The notes: a model not told the origin generated them from the sequence alone. A stretch of DNA of 63,173 nt, filler included, from Octopus bimaculoides (GCF_001194135.2; 4 parts of 3 records of this genome joined end to end with filler, not necessarily neighbours in it); one strand, 5' to 3'. Shown: positions 24,495-38,158, counted from the first letter of the whole stretch. Made by a program: numbers and translations.

Positions 24495-25080
24495 AATGTT
24501 CAAATTTCTTTGAGAAATATTTGAACCTGTATCTGTTGTGCAAAACCTAGTGCACCGATAATTGTAGCTCGAAATATATAGATACAATATAGAACGAAAT
24601 GCCGAATTTCCAAAGTAGCTGTCCGTGTATATTTTTTGTCCTTCATTTTCAAAAAGTTGTTTCCATTTGCAAGATACCTGATATTTTTTTCCGTCGTAAA
24701 CACCTATATCAAATGTTATGCTTGCACATGTTGGAAAAATCCGTTCCATTGTTATCCTTCGTGATATATTCTATTTTAATTCTAGGCTAGTCTTTCCTAC
24801 GGATGAGATTATATATATATATATTTAGTAACAACATTTGATGTACTAGAACGCAGTACCTTAATGATATTTCAGGGCAGCTGCTCATGATGACTCGTGT
24901 AATATCTTCCAGAGAAGTGTGACACAATCGGCATGCCTTTTTTTTTTCTTTTATTCTTTTTTCAATAGATATATTGCAGTTGTCTCCTTCTCTGGGATAC
25001 ATTCAACAAAATCCAAAACAATGCTGCTATCATCCTCCAGTTTTTAAGGAACATACCCATTAATCACATTTTTTATATGC
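24495..25080 (-). mobile_element. RLE non-LTR retrotransposon 3' part (second family, like 1055-1548)
   Basis: CRLCHTSLEDITRVIMSSCPEISLRY (CCHC-type knuckle, H mutated), CKHNI/DIGVYD nuclease motif and YTDSYFGN, frameshifted. Confidence 0.65.
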
Positions 25081-25502
25081 AGATTGTTGATCATAGAAAT
25101 CTTTCTTAACGCACGTTAACTAGACGCTTCAGAGTTTGTAAAGAATATCTCAGCAAGTGAGTTTACTTCCGACATGTAAGATGTTCTTTTCATTTGGTAC
25201 TTGGATGACATATCATTTTTACGGCTATTGTTTAGCACTTGTGACCAGGGTAACACCATAAAATACTCAAAGTTGTCTGATTGGTCTTAAGCCACTTTTC
25301 CTTTTTTTTTTTTCTTCAGTTAGAGACTGTAGGTATCACTGTACCTGAAGAAATGCTTTCAATTGATGTCACAGTATCATAGTTTTTAGTATGTATTGAG
25401 TGTATTTCTTCTACAAGCCAGTCAAGTATTTCAAAAGCTAGTGCCAGTACTGGTATTACAAATGCTAGCTGTATATTGTTTTGTTACAAGAGGAAAGCTC
25501 TT

Positions 25503-25619
<117 letters not shown>

Positions 25620-26696
25620 TCTTCGGTCACTCTATGTTCACGTCACCTATTTATGATATATTTGCATAGATACCTAGGCATTAGTGTCGCTAAATGTGTA
25701 AAACAAGTGCGATAGACTATTGCTATAAATATTTTGAGTTTGGGGAGATATGTTCAACAATAAAATATGAACATTTCTTTTCACCAAATTCCATCTCGAT
25801 ATCAACAGATATCAACAGACATTGATATCTCGATATCAATGCTCTTAATAAATCTAGTTGTTTCTTATCTTTGTAACTATTTCCAGTATAGATGTATAGA
25901 TCGTCCAGAAAGAAATTATTTATGTTACATTAGTGTCTCTTGATGTTGTACATACAAACACAGAATCATTGGATATGGGTAAAAACAGTTACACTGGATT
26001 TAGTGCCAAAATAAAAACAAGTACACCGTTCCTTGGAATATGTATGTGTGTATGAATGTACGTATGCATGTATGTATGTATGTATGTATGTATGTATGTA
26101 TGTATGTATGTATGTATGTATGTATGTGTATGCATTTATACTACTACTGCTTAGCACCAGTTCAACCCTGCTTGTGCAGATCTGATCTTTTTGTATATGT
26201 GCCCTATATCACCCAGCGTCAATTCCCTCTTTAAGACAATAGGTTGTGATATCTGGGAGATTTGACTGCTACTTCTTATAGTTTCAACAAACACTAGGAT
26301 AGATGGTAGTTGCTTGGTTTTCCACATTTCAGAATGTATATTATATTACAGTAAAGTTACTCCCAGCAATACGAATAACAGAAGATTTCGAAACAAATTT
26401 TGTTTAATATATCTTTCGATTCCCTGAGGTATTGTTGGCAAAGCCTAGCGGTTTTAAAAGATTAATGTTGTCACACTGACATTAAGCACCTCATGCATGC
26501 CGGGCCGTCCCAAGGGTGTCAGACGTCCTGGGATATCTGAATTTCGCTATTGTTACAAGTATTATTTAAAAAAATTCCGCAAAGAGTTAAAAACTGTAAA
26601 TGTAGCGTATGTTTATTATGTGAAAACAGCATTAAAAATCAGAGGGAAACATATGTGTGCGCGTGTGTGTGTCATATACATACATATATGCATGCA

Positions 26697-26729
<33 letters not shown>

Positions 26730-27029
26730 GCATGCATGCATACATACATACATATATGCATGCATGCATACATATATGCATGCATACATACATACATACA
26801 TACATACATACATACATACATACATACATACATACATACTCGCCCGCGCACACAAACATAATATCTACAATACTGGCAATGATTTCAACACTTTTACCAC
26901 AAACACTGACTAAAGGATGGCTGTATGTGAAAAATTTGGAAGGATTCTGTTGACCTTTTAAAGATGTAACGAAGTTTCTCCGAATATAAAAATATGAACC
27001 AAAGAACAGTTGCTCCAAAGTATACATTA

Positions 27030-27660
27030 TCCTAACTAAAATATTTTTCTCGATTTAAATCTGCAAATGTTTTTATAGCCATTTCTATGTCTATCTTTTG
27101 TAAAATATCATATCCTATAGATGAAATTGCCTGAGGATTTTATGTCTTATGTCTTCGACGACCTTAAATATGTCTTTATAAGTTTTAGTTTATAAATCTC
27201 ACTCTTGCGGACACAGTTATATGCATCGTAAACATTATTCTTAATGCAGCTCACAGATTTAGCATAACTTCCTGTTATAACTGTTGATGGGTCTAATGGC
27301 TTCTATCGGAAGCTTTACATCTTCAGGAAATAATTCTTTTGAAATATTTATTTCAGCCAAGAGATCACTTCCGTTAATTTCACTATTTTCTTAGTACTCT
27401 AAAACTTATCCTCTTAACCTTGACATGCTAGTCTCATTTTATTTTTATCTGGCAAATCTCTTATGTTATTTGAATAATATCTTCATGTGTTATTGAAACT
27501 TTGTATTTCAAACCTCTCTGTCAAAGACTTAACAGCTTTGACAACTTTTGCATTGAATACGTTATTGTGTGGGTCACCTGTATCTGGAACCGCGTCAAGA
27601 CATTCATATTGAAACCGTACTTTTGTTTTCGGAGTAATCGTTTCCTTTAAAAAATATTCA
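27030..27660 (-). mobile_element. hAT transposase C-terminal remnant (dimerisation domain)
   Basis: RFQYECLD...DP...KAVKSLTERFE and ALRIMFTMHITVS...KLKLIKTYLRS match the hAT/ZMYM1-like motif ALRILLTLPVTVASxERSFSKLKLIKTYLRS. Confidence 0.7.
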
Positions 27661-28549
27661 CCTATTACGGAGATGTACTTGCATAGTAAGTGACCTGATC
27701 TGAGATTGTGTGCTGGAACGAAAACAATTGCAGCGTGGAAGGTGTTTATAAGCTAGCACAATTTTGTCAGTGAACAGGTCGCGGTCTCAAAGCGACGAAA
27801 ATATTTTGACAAATTAAATTTAAATGTTGAAGTGAATCTAACGGTTCTTGTGTGTTATTTTAAACGGCTTATAAACACCTTCCACGCTGCAAATATTCAC
27901 CTAATTCTATAGCTAATTATTTCGCTGATGTTGTTACTCTTTCATAATTATTCGCACGATAATTAATTTATTACAAGCACAAATTCAGTAATGAAACTGC
28001 AGTATACAGTGCCACAAAGAAGCTCTACATTGTTTCGCTAATGTTTCTCCTGCCAGAGACATGATTCCGAACATTCAACATCACAAGAAAAGTAATTTAT
28101 TTGTGATACAAGAATTTCAGCTTCACGACGACTTGAAGGACCAGAAACTGGCATTTGTGAAGAATTCACAAAGTAATTCTCAGATTCCTCTAATTTTATA
28201 CTTAATGTCTTTGACTCATTCAAATCTTCACTCCCTTCTAGACGCGTAAAAAGATTTTGCAGTTGAGAAATTTAACATGATTTTCAGATGCTTTGACTCA
28301 TGAGTGCAATCGTTCTTTCCTTCCTACGGTACAGTATATTCCAATTGGTTTGACACCACAACCACTTGATGACAGATAAATGTAGCTGAACATGTTGATC
28401 CAGTTAGACTGAAGACAAGGAGAAAATCTTCATAATTTGGTTGCTGCTTAATAATGAACACGCCCTTCTTTCTTCATAGCTTATTAATAATTTGGACGAC
28501 ATTTGCAGAAACCGAATATTTCGCAAATCCCAGCGCTCAACATCAGTTA

Positions 28550-28900
28550 GTTTGAGCATGCATCCCTGACTGACACATATACCCTAAACACCCTTAATCT
28601 CATTGCCATCTCCAAACCCAACCTTCCCCAAGCCATCATCGTCTCTGCATCAACTATCATGTCGTCTGACTTATTACGTATACCCACCACACATCTGCAT
28701 ACTACACATTGCCTCGCATCTCTCAGACCTTATGGCACTTCAAGACAGCTGATTGGTCGAAGCTCTGACAATTCTATGCTAAATATCTCTAATAACACAT
28801 ATGATTCTTCACCTGTGACCCTCCGGAAACAGATGGGTTACTGAAATCATCCTTTTAGGTATGTTCCCTTACATTTTACACGTAACAACAATCCACGTAA
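28550..28900 (+). mobile_element. CR1/Jockey-group LINE ORF2 linker fragment
   Basis: LWHFKTADWSKL*QFYA matches the EN-RT linker motif WHYxxADWxxLRxFF. Confidence 0.45.
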
Positions 28901-29033
28901 TCAAGTCCCTAAGTTATCATTCATAGCTTTTCAGTACATATTAAGGCAAAAATTACAGTATATAACACTCAAAGAAAATCCCACACTCCTACAGACTCTT
29001 ACTCAGAACCATATCTCTACTCAGGTGACACAC

Positions 29034-30693
29034 TGTTAGGGAAAGTTAATATCAAAGGAGGAATTTTCCAGAGGAACTCGTTGTTTCCTTTAATATTTGT
29101 ATTATGTTTGATCTCCCTCAGTTTAGTATTAAGGAAGACAAAGGCAGGGTATCAGTTCAGAAATAGTAAGGGAAAAAATTAACCATTTGCTCTACATGGA
29201 TGATCTGAGGCATTTTAGTAAGAATGAAAAGGAGATAGATTCCTTAATACAAACAGTAAGAATCTTCAGCAAAGATATAGGTATGGAATTTGGCATAGAT
29301 ATATGTGCAATATTAATCATGAGAAGTGGACAAGTAGTCAACAGCGAAGGTATCCAATTACCAGATAGACAGACATTAAAATCATTGAAAGGAGGAGAGA
29401 GTTATAAGTATCTAGGAGTTTTAGAATCTGACAGAGTACTAACTATATAAATGAAAACGAAAATTGAGAAGGAGTACATCAGAAGGGTGAGGAAGCTAAT
29501 GAATCCAAAACTAAATTGCCCGAATCTAGTGAAGGCTGTAAATACTTGAGCATTATCATGACTTAGATACTCAGCAGCTTTTGTAGATTTGACAAAAACT
29601 GAAGTAACAAAGCTAGACAGAAGAACTAGGAAGGAATTCAATTTGAACGGAGAACTCCACCCAAGGGCATGAGTAGCAAGATTATACCTACTTAGAAAGG
29701 AAGACGGAAGAGGGTTGATATCAGTAGGAAGACTACGTGAAGTTAGCTAGATTAGATATAAACTATGTAGGTAATAGTGAAGAAAGTTTATTAAAAGCTG
29801 CTAGAGTCACAGCAAGACATAGGGAAACCAAAAACCCAAACGAAGTTAAAAACGTGACTGGCAGGAGAAGGAATTGCATGGTAGATTCCCAAAGATAGTC
29901 GCAGCAAATAGTAGTAATGAGACATGGTTATGGTTGCGGAAAGGTAAGCTCAAAGGGGAGACAGAAAGTTTGCTAGTAGCTACACTAGATCAAGTATTAA
30001 GGACTAATTGGATAAAAGTCAAGATAGACAAAAACCAAGTAGATTCCCAATGTAGACTATGCAAATCAAAATAGGAAAGCATTATTCATATAGTAAGTGA
30101 ATGTAACATGCTGGCACAGAAAGAATACAAGAAAAGACATGACAATCTAGGGAGAATAATCCACTGAGAGTTATACAGAAAGCTAGGATTTGAACATATT
30201 GATAAATAGTATGAACATGAACCTAGTAACGTACTAGAAAGTAAGAAATACAGGATGTTGTGGGACTTCAACATTCAGACTGACAGAATAATGGAAGATA
30301 GAAGGCTTGAATTCGTAGTAGTAGATAAGTAGAATACAAAGTACCAGATAATCGACTTTACTGTCCCAAATGATGAAAGCATTAATATGAGAAGTATAGA
30401 AAAAAATAGCAAAGTACCAGGACCTAGCTATTGAATTACTGAGACTATGGAAAGTGCGGGTAAAATGTATCCCAGTAGTTATAGGTGCATTGGGAATTAT
30501 CCCTAAAGATCTGAACAGATAGATAGAGAAAATAGGCATAAAACCCATTTTAGTACAGCTCCAGAAAACAGCGTTATAAGAGACAGCTAGGATACTTAGG
30601 ACGGTTCTTGGCACTTAAGATTACTTGCTGTAGCCCGATGTTAGGATTTTTTTTCTTTTCCAAAACTCTAATCTGTTGGGTATATATGAAAAT
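29034..30693 (+). mobile_element. R4/Dong-type LINE, 5'-truncated, RT-CCHC-RLE, degenerate
   Basis: GGIFQRNSL, HLLYMDDL, GMEFGID, YKYLGVLE, LHPR...RGLISV, ETESLLVATLDQVLRT, CRLCK...HIVSEC...RHD, WDFNIQTD, IID..VP, KYQDL, VIGALG, ARILRTVLGT* (30618). The 3'UTR is followed by (ATA)n. Confidence 0.93.
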
Positions 30694-30694
30694 G

Positions 30695-30780
<86 letters not shown>
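30695..30780. repeat. (TAA)n array at the LINE 3' end
   Basis: About 28 perfect units. Confidence 0.95.
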
Positions 30781-30781
<1 letters not shown>

Positions 30782-30873
30782 GCCCGGATGCAGTACCAGG
30801 CAGTGGCTCTCATGGTTCCTGATCTTAATTGATTGGAAGTGTTATCATGTACATTGTTTTGTCTTGGTATAAA

Positions 30874-30973
30874 NNNNNNNNNNNNNNNNNNNNNNNNNNN
30901 NNNNNNNNNNNNNNNNNTTAATTAATTAANNNNNNNNNNNNNNNNNNNNNNNNNNNNNNNNNNNNNNNNNNNN
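30874..30973. other. Artificial scaffold-join spacer N44-TTAATTAATTAA-N44
   Basis: Exactly 100 bp with a six-frame stop linker. Identical spacers occur at 40818-40917 and 57274-57373. Confidence 0.9.
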
Positions 30974-31025
<52 letters not shown>

Positions 31026-32384
31026 TCATTTCTATAGTCATATATATAGGTACATGTATTTACGTATCTGCGCTTTCTGTGTGCATGTGTGTGTGTGTCT
31101 ACTTGTTTGATTGTATGTATATGTAATGCACAGATTACGAACGCTTTGTTTAATGTCTCTGTTTATATCACCTTTTCTGTTTTCTTTTGCCATCCAGAAT
31201 TAAACTCGTTTAGGCAAATCTATGATGAAACATATTCTGGAACACGACCTATTTTTTCTTTAAGTTTAATCTATTTATCTTCTAGATATATATTTTATAT
31301 ATCCTAAGATACAAATGTTCCTTTTGCTCGAGAGAATTTTTCCTCGGAACTTCCTGTATGCGTTTACTCAAACATGTTGTGAGAGTAAAAAAGTGGTTGG
31401 CGGTTTCTCTGAGACAACCCTTTGAATACAAAGGCGTGGTTAACATTAGGCGCAGGAGTGTTACAGGTTCTTCAGAACTCTGCTAAACAGATAGAATTAC
31501 AATGTAATGTAGAATATTGATGACAGGATATTTGAAACATAAATCATGACAGCCATAAAACAAAATGTTGAAACATCCCAAAACATTAAAATTGGCCTGA
31601 TATTTCATATAAAATATCCCTTTTGGATGTGCTGAATTTTCAAGAGAGAAATACAATCTTCGGCTGGTTTGGTTTTATGTGACTGATTCTCAAATGAGAA
31701 TCACTGAAGAAATGTGAAGTTTCGTGACGTAGATTGTGTTCCTATGGATGTGACGTACATGCTATGATTTTGGCCATGTATCGTTTTATAAGGAAATTGT
31801 TATAAGTGTCTCCTCTACTTCTACACCACGCAACGCTTGCATCAAAGAACATCGCTACAAACAGGCGAGGATCACATTTGTAAATGCATAAATAGGAACA
31901 AGGAACTCGATGTCACCACAAACAGTTGGTAATCCGTTCACCAAAGAATATTTTCTCATAAAGGGAAGAAACATATGCCAACAATCAACATCCGGTAAGA
32001 ATTAAATGAACAATAATATCCAATACATTTCCTCTCGAACAGCTGTGACAGCCAATGAAGCATGATCTCCAGCGCCGAAATTACCATCTCTGAAGACCAT
32101 ACCTTTGTACACATCTTGTAATTACCATACACAAGCAAAACGAATAAGGCAAGCGAGCCGTTATATTTCTCTTTTTGGTGTCTTAACGGGATTTGAAAAG
32201 AATTTTTCACCCGAAATATCACGAATCGTTACATGTCTCTAAGTTAACATTTGAATATCACCGTTATTGCTGAGATGAAGGTTAAATGTCCTCAACGTAT
32301 ATTAGTCTTCGCATAACCTTCTTAAACACAGATATTTTCATACACACGCAAACACACAAAAAGAGGCGCTTCCCAAGACACAAT

Positions 32385-32570
32385 GACAGAATCGTTAACA
32401 GACCAGGCGAAATACTTAGCAGTACTTCATCTGAAGTTACGTTCTGAGTACAAATTCCGCCGAAGTCGACTTTACCATTCATTCTTTCGGGGTCGATTAA
32501 ATGAGTACCAGTTACGCACTAGTGTCGATGTAATCGACTTAATCCCCTTGTCTGTCCTTGTTTTCCCCTC
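32385..32570 (+). mobile_element. SINE family B, long-tail variant
   Basis: cagaatcgttaacagaccaggcgaaatacttagc...gaagtcgactttaccattcattctttcggggtcgattaaatgagtaccagttacgcac...aatcgacttaatccccttgtctgtcc. Confidence 0.88.
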
Positions 32571-32999
32571 TTTGTCTATCGTCCTGTGTGCAATAAAGAT
32601 ATATATAACCGTGTGTGTATGTGTGTGTGTTTTATCAGCGTTGATGAAAATCGATTACACACAAGGAGGAATACCCTTAACAATTACAACTTAATTTTAC
32701 ATACTTCCGCTCTATTATTCATGTTGCTTGTCGCTTATTAAGGGAATTATAAAATGAGAGTTTGGTCAATTTATTCGACTAAATCCATTCAACGCTCTGT
32801 AGCTACTTGGCCGTATTGTAACGATTGCATGTGGAAAATGAAAAAATAATATAAGCATGATTCGAAGGTGATTATATGGTGTTACGTAGTCGATGGAGCT
32901 AATATTTAGGGGGTATCTTATGGCTTCGTATATTTCATTATCTGTGTATGAAATTACTTAAAGTGGTTGTTTGTGACAATTTATTAATATTTATATGCG

Positions 33000-34460
33000 G
33001 CTCGTTGTCAACTGTGAAACACAAGAATTAGTAACAAGTTAAAGAATCAGAAAAGAAACTATATCAAGACAACACCTATATATCAAACGAAACGAGAGAA
33101 CATAATCCGTGGATACGCAGTACCTATATATCACACTGGAAGTCGACGAATTTAATATCGTAACAGACCCACAGCTATAGACTAATCAACTCATCGAAAG
33201 ACAAATTAGATACAGTGAACAAAAATATCGTAGGAAATGGCATCTAGGAAATTAGACAAGTGACAGAGACGAATGTAATGGAACAACCTGACATTCGACT
33301 TTGACACATTCAATGACACAAAGAATAAAAAAGAAAAGGCAGATAATTCCATGTTGTAGTTTCTACGCGTTGATCGAAAAAAGAAGAAAAAAAACCTCCT
33401 GATATAATTATTGGATATTTGCAAAAAGTTTACACTACTACGAATACGCATTGTAATGCAATTGTAAAATATTAACCTACTCTTTTACAAGTGCCTTCTA
33501 CTATAGCCTCGGGCCGACCAAAGCCATGTGAGTGGATTTGGTAGACAGAAACTGAAAGAAGCCTGTCGTATATATGTATATATATATATATATGTATATA
33601 TATATNNNNNNNNNNNNNNNNNNNNNNNNNNNNNNNNNNNNNNNNNNNNNNNNNNNNNNNNNNNNNNNNNNNNNNNNNNNNNNNNNNNNNNNNNNTGTGT
33701 GTGTGTGTGTGTGTGTTTGTGTGTCTGTGTTTGTCCCTCCAACATCGATTGATAACCGATGCTGGTGTGTTTACGTCCCCGTAACGTAGCGGTTCGGCAA
33801 AAAGAGACCGATAGAATAAGTACTAGGCTTCCAAAGAATAAGTCCAGGGGTCGATTTGCTCGACTAAAATGCGGTGCTCCAGCATGGCCACAGTCAAATG
33901 ACTGAAACAAGTATAAGAGTAATTATTCAAACCACTTACATTCAGCGGAAAAGAATCTTCTGTGAACAAGAAGCTGATCAATTTCTACAATATCATTCGC
34001 CAAAATGGCCTTCCACCAAACAGGCATTCAGAAGTCGTAGTCTAAAAGAACGCAGAATACAAGGCGGATGAAACAAAATGAACTAGAAACCATACCGAAC
34101 AAGTAAAATTAAGAGCATTTGGTTCAAATTGTCCTTTGATTTATATGTCAAGCTTCCTAATTTTAAGTCATTCGCAAGCGACACGAGTTGCAAAAAGCTG
34201 CTCACCAGAAACAAACTAAATAACAGTTACAGCTGCACAAGAAAACAAACAGAATTTCCGACCTATAAATAACTATACATCACAGTCAATAAAAGATGCA
34301 TCTGAAATACATCAAAGTCATGGTATTTTTCCTGGAAATTGTCAAAGGGAAATAGTCTCTAAAGCAACATTAATGCATTAAGATGAAACCAAGAAAAAAA
34401 ATACTTGTTTGGAACAAAATACGCACAACATATGCATTCGTTCCACCAACAGATACGGAA
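33000..34460 (+). mobile_element. Penelope-like element RT-to-GIY-YIG remnant, interrupted by a SINE
   Basis: YRLINSSKDKL (CRLINPxK), CSFYALI (SFYPSI), SIWFKLSFDLYVK (IWFNPPF), NSYSC, and PGNCQREIVSKAT (linker Cys / xYxA), all heavily degenerate. Confidence 0.6.
33486..33918 (+). mobile_element. SINE family A (5'-truncated, internal microsatellite in a gap)
   Basis: ctactatagcctcgggccgaccaaagcc...gaaactgaaagaagcc, (TA)n-N-(GT)n, then gtccccgtaacgtagcggttcggcaaaa...ggggtcgatttgctcgac...gaaacaagta. Confidence 0.92.
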
Positions 34461-34689
34461 AAATATAACGTGCATATCACAGCACATTTGAAACGAATGG
34501 ATAACTATATGAGCATATGTATAGAGACTGGGTTATGTTGATAATTTTACCATGCGTATAAAAGGTTCCCGAATATGTTCCATGTACAGCGCGAAAATAG
34601 GCAACATAATTACGCAAGGAAATAGATATAATAAAAATAATAATAATAATAATAATGATAATAATAATAATAATAACAGTATAAAGAAA

Positions 34690-34836
34690 GGCATGGACGC
34701 GAGTGAGCATGTAGTACTTATTTTATCGACCCTGAAAGGATGAAAGGCAACGTCGACCTCAGCGGAATTTGAACTCAGAATGTGCAGACTAAGCATTTCG
34801 TCCGACGTGCTAAATTTTCTGCCAGTTGAACGCCTT
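34690..34836 (-). mobile_element. SINE family B
   Basis: gtacttattttatcgaccctgaaaggatgaaaggcaacgtcgacctcagcggaatttgaactcagaa...gtgctaa. Confidence 0.85.
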
Positions 34837-36355
34837 AGATTCCATTGATAATAATGAGAAGGAAATCACATGAAGAGTATGTTGAGACTGAGAGGGAAAT
34901 GGTTCTGCTGGAATTTTAGGTGTAGTAGACAATTAATTAGATTAAATTTGTATGTACGCTTGCAAAAAGGGAAGGAATTGTCTAGATTTAATGATGTAGT
35001 TGTGTCGCTCTATGCGACGAAGGTACAAAGATTTTTGGATGATCTTAATACAGAAATTTGTGTGATCGAGTATAGAGACAGAAAGACTGGCGTTGAAGCA
35101 CAAATGAATATTTGGTTGGAGACGGGAAGAAGACGTTAACTGCTCAAGCAATAATTTATGAGTTGTAGATAGATAGATAGATAGATAGATAGATATTTAG
35201 GTATACAGATAAATAGGTACATGAGTAGATAGAGAGTGAGAGAGAGAGGGTGAGAGAGAGAGGGTGAGAGAGAGAGNNNNNNNNNNNNNNNNNNNNNNNN
35301 NNNNNNNNNNNNNNNNNNNNNNNNNNNNNNNNNNNNNNNNNNNNNNNNNNNNNNNNNNNNNNNNNNNNNNNNNNNNNNNNNNNNNNNNNNNNNNNNNNNN
35401 NNNNNNNNNNNNNNNNNNNNNNNNNNNNNNNNNNNNNNNNNNNNNNNNNNNNNNNNNNNNNNNNNNNNNNNNNNNNNNNNNNNNNNNNNNNNNNNNNNNN
35501 NNNNNNNNNNNNNNNNNNNNNNNNNNNNNNNNNNNNNNNNNNNNNNNNNNNNNNNNNNNNNNNNNNNNNNNNNNNNNNNNNNNNNNNNNNNNNNNNNNNN
35601 NNNNNNNNNNNNNTATGCATACACACAGATAGGCACATGGACAGACAGACAAACAGACAGATAGATAAATATATGAATGGGAGGAAGTGATAAGTGTATA
35701 GATAGAAAGATAGATGGATAGAGAGAGAAAGACAAATACATGAAAATAAATAAAGGACAAAAAAAAATAGTATACCAATTAGTTCTCTTAAATGACATAG
35801 CAACGACTTTATCTCGCGTTTATTAGATTTCAAGTGCAGATGTGTGGATATTCGTGCCCAAGGCTTTCGTCCGTAGAGATGCCTATCTCTTTGTGTGCGT
35901 GTGCGTGTGCGTTTTTCATTTTTGCCTGAATGTCTATGTATGTGTTTATGCGTGTGTGGTCGCTTTGTTTAATGTGGTTGGCAGGTTTGGTATGTGGACG
36001 TGTGCGATGGCAGCTTAGTTGATATAAGATTCGTCATTGTTCTTTTATTTGTCTCGAAACACCTGTATGTAACTGAAAAATCTCTATAATTCATACGATG
36101 TGGCAACGAATCAAGAGAAACAGCACCTATTCTGTCCACAACAAACACACATACACACACACACACTCACATACACATACATACATACATACCCACATTC
36201 ACTTTAGTCACCTTTAATGAACATGGTGCACTCACAAGCGGCTTTACTACTCTACATATTCACAGCCAAGAAGTAACTCTCGTGTTTTTAATAATCACGT
36301 AGTGTATGTTCCAGAGAAAATTCTATATATGTACGTGAGTGTGTGTGAGTGTATT

Positions 36356-36406
<51 letters not shown>

Positions 36407-36597
36407 ATATATATGTGTGTGTGTGTGTTTGTGTATGTGTATGTGTATATGAGTGGGTGGAGGAAATTTTCTTACTTCAAGCGTATCGCAAAGAGCCTTG
36501 CTGGAGAGGCCCAACGTTCCGTGTTCATTTACAAGTCCACAGGACTTAGAAAAACTGAAGGAGAGTTGCCATAAGCGTGTGAATCTCTTATATATAT

Positions 36598-36638
<41 letters not shown>

Positions 36639-36644
36639 CACTCA

Positions 36645-37467
36645 CAGAGTGCAGTGACTATATTGTCGTCTACGATACACAAAACGGAAAATAACACTGA
36701 TATCCTATTTTAACAAATATATTTACCAAAATTACATTAAAATACCTTGAAATATCAAAGGGTAAATTTATTCAATAAAATCGCCATTGGCTTCAACCAT
36801 GGCCTCCAGAAGACTTCGGAACCTTCTGCAACTTTTCTGGACGGTCTGTCTCTTAGTTTCAGTTGGTGAATGCTGCCACAGTCCTGGCCTTCAGTTCATA
36901 TTTGGTGTTACAAGAAGTCTTGTTGGTCTCCCGTTCAACTGCGCCCCACACATACTAATCAATAGGGTTATAGTCTGGGGACTTAGGTAGCCAGGTGTTG
37001 GGAGTGATGTGGTTGCAGAAATTGTCTGACAGCTATGACTGGGGTCTCCTGCTTGTATGGCATGGTGCAGAGTCCTGTTGCCAAACATAGAGTGTTCCCC
37101 ACACCACCCTCTTGGCCCAAATGGCAGCCCTACCTCTTCCAGGCCTACGTGTTGAGTGTAAGGTGGTGTGGAAAGATGAATGAAGGCCGAAACACGATGA
37201 TGTTGACTGGATGTTTGATTTTTATCACTTTCAGTACATGTTTGGTGACACGGCAAACCAACCATTGTCCTGTGTGTTTACCCTCTTTCTATATCGGAAC
37301 TTCCAGCACGAATGCCGAGCAATACATCATGTCATTACTAAATTTGTGGCAGAATGAATTGCGTCATGGTGGTGTTTTTCTCTCAGACGGTGCCCAAAAT
37401 CAAAAACAAGCAATACACATGCGCGACATATAGAAATATAAATTGGTGACAATTTACCTATGGAACC

Positions 37468-37470
<3 letters not shown>
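36645..37470 (-). mobile_element. Internally deleted maT (DD37D) Tc1/mariner element
   Basis: Right TIR aattgtcaccaatt/ccctg|TA at 37470 and a degenerate left TIR. WQQDSAPCHTS...WLPKSPDYNPID gives D-37-D, and the C-terminus ends ...ANGDFIE*. Confidence 0.85.
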
Positions 37471-37515
<45 letters not shown>

Positions 37516-38097
37516 NNNNNNNNNNNNNNNNNNNNNNNNNNNNNNNNNNNNNNNNNNNNNNNNNNNNNNNNNNNNNNNNNNNNNNNNNNNNNNNNNNNNN
37601 NNNNNNNNNNNNNNNNNNNNNNNNNNNNNNNNNNNNNNNNNNNNNNNNNNNNNNNNNNNNNNNNNNNNNNNNNNNNNNNNNNNNNNNNNNNNNNNNNNNN
37701 NNNNNNNNNNNNNNNNNNNNNNNNNNNNNNNNNNNNNNNNNNNNNNNNNNNNNNNNNNNNNNNNNNNNNNNNNNNNNNNNNNNNNNNNNNNNNNNNNNNN
37801 NNNNNNNNNNNNNNNNNNNNNNNNNNNNNNNNNNNNNNNNNNNNNNNNNNNNNNNNNNNNNNNNNNNNNNNNNNNNNNNNNNNNNNNNNNNNNNNNNNNN
37901 NNNNNNNNNNNNNNNNNNNNNNNNNNNNNNNNNNNNNNNNNNNNNNNNNNNNNNNNNNNNNNNNNNNNNNNNNNNNNNNNNNNNNNNNNNNNNNNNNNNN
38001 NNNNNNNNNNNNNNNNNNNNNNNNNNNNNNNNNNNNNNNNNNNNNNNNNNNNNNNNNNNNNNNNNNNNNNNNNNNNNNNNNNNNNNNNNNNNNNNNN

Positions 38098-38158
<61 letters not shown>

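Noticed and set aside
25820-25841. Small perfect hairpin cattgatatc-tc-gatatcaatg (similar 13-bp hairpin at 58209-58238)
   Set aside because: Short AT-rich palindromes are expected by chance or local slippage, and there is no associated element.
31963-32000. Possible 31-nt plus-strand exon ending CCG|GTAAGA
   Set aside because: Weak acceptor, no recognisable peptide and no partner exons.
34870-35139. 89-aa ORF faintly resembling the RLYxxRKxGGRGL LINE region
   Set aside because: Similarity is too weak to assign.
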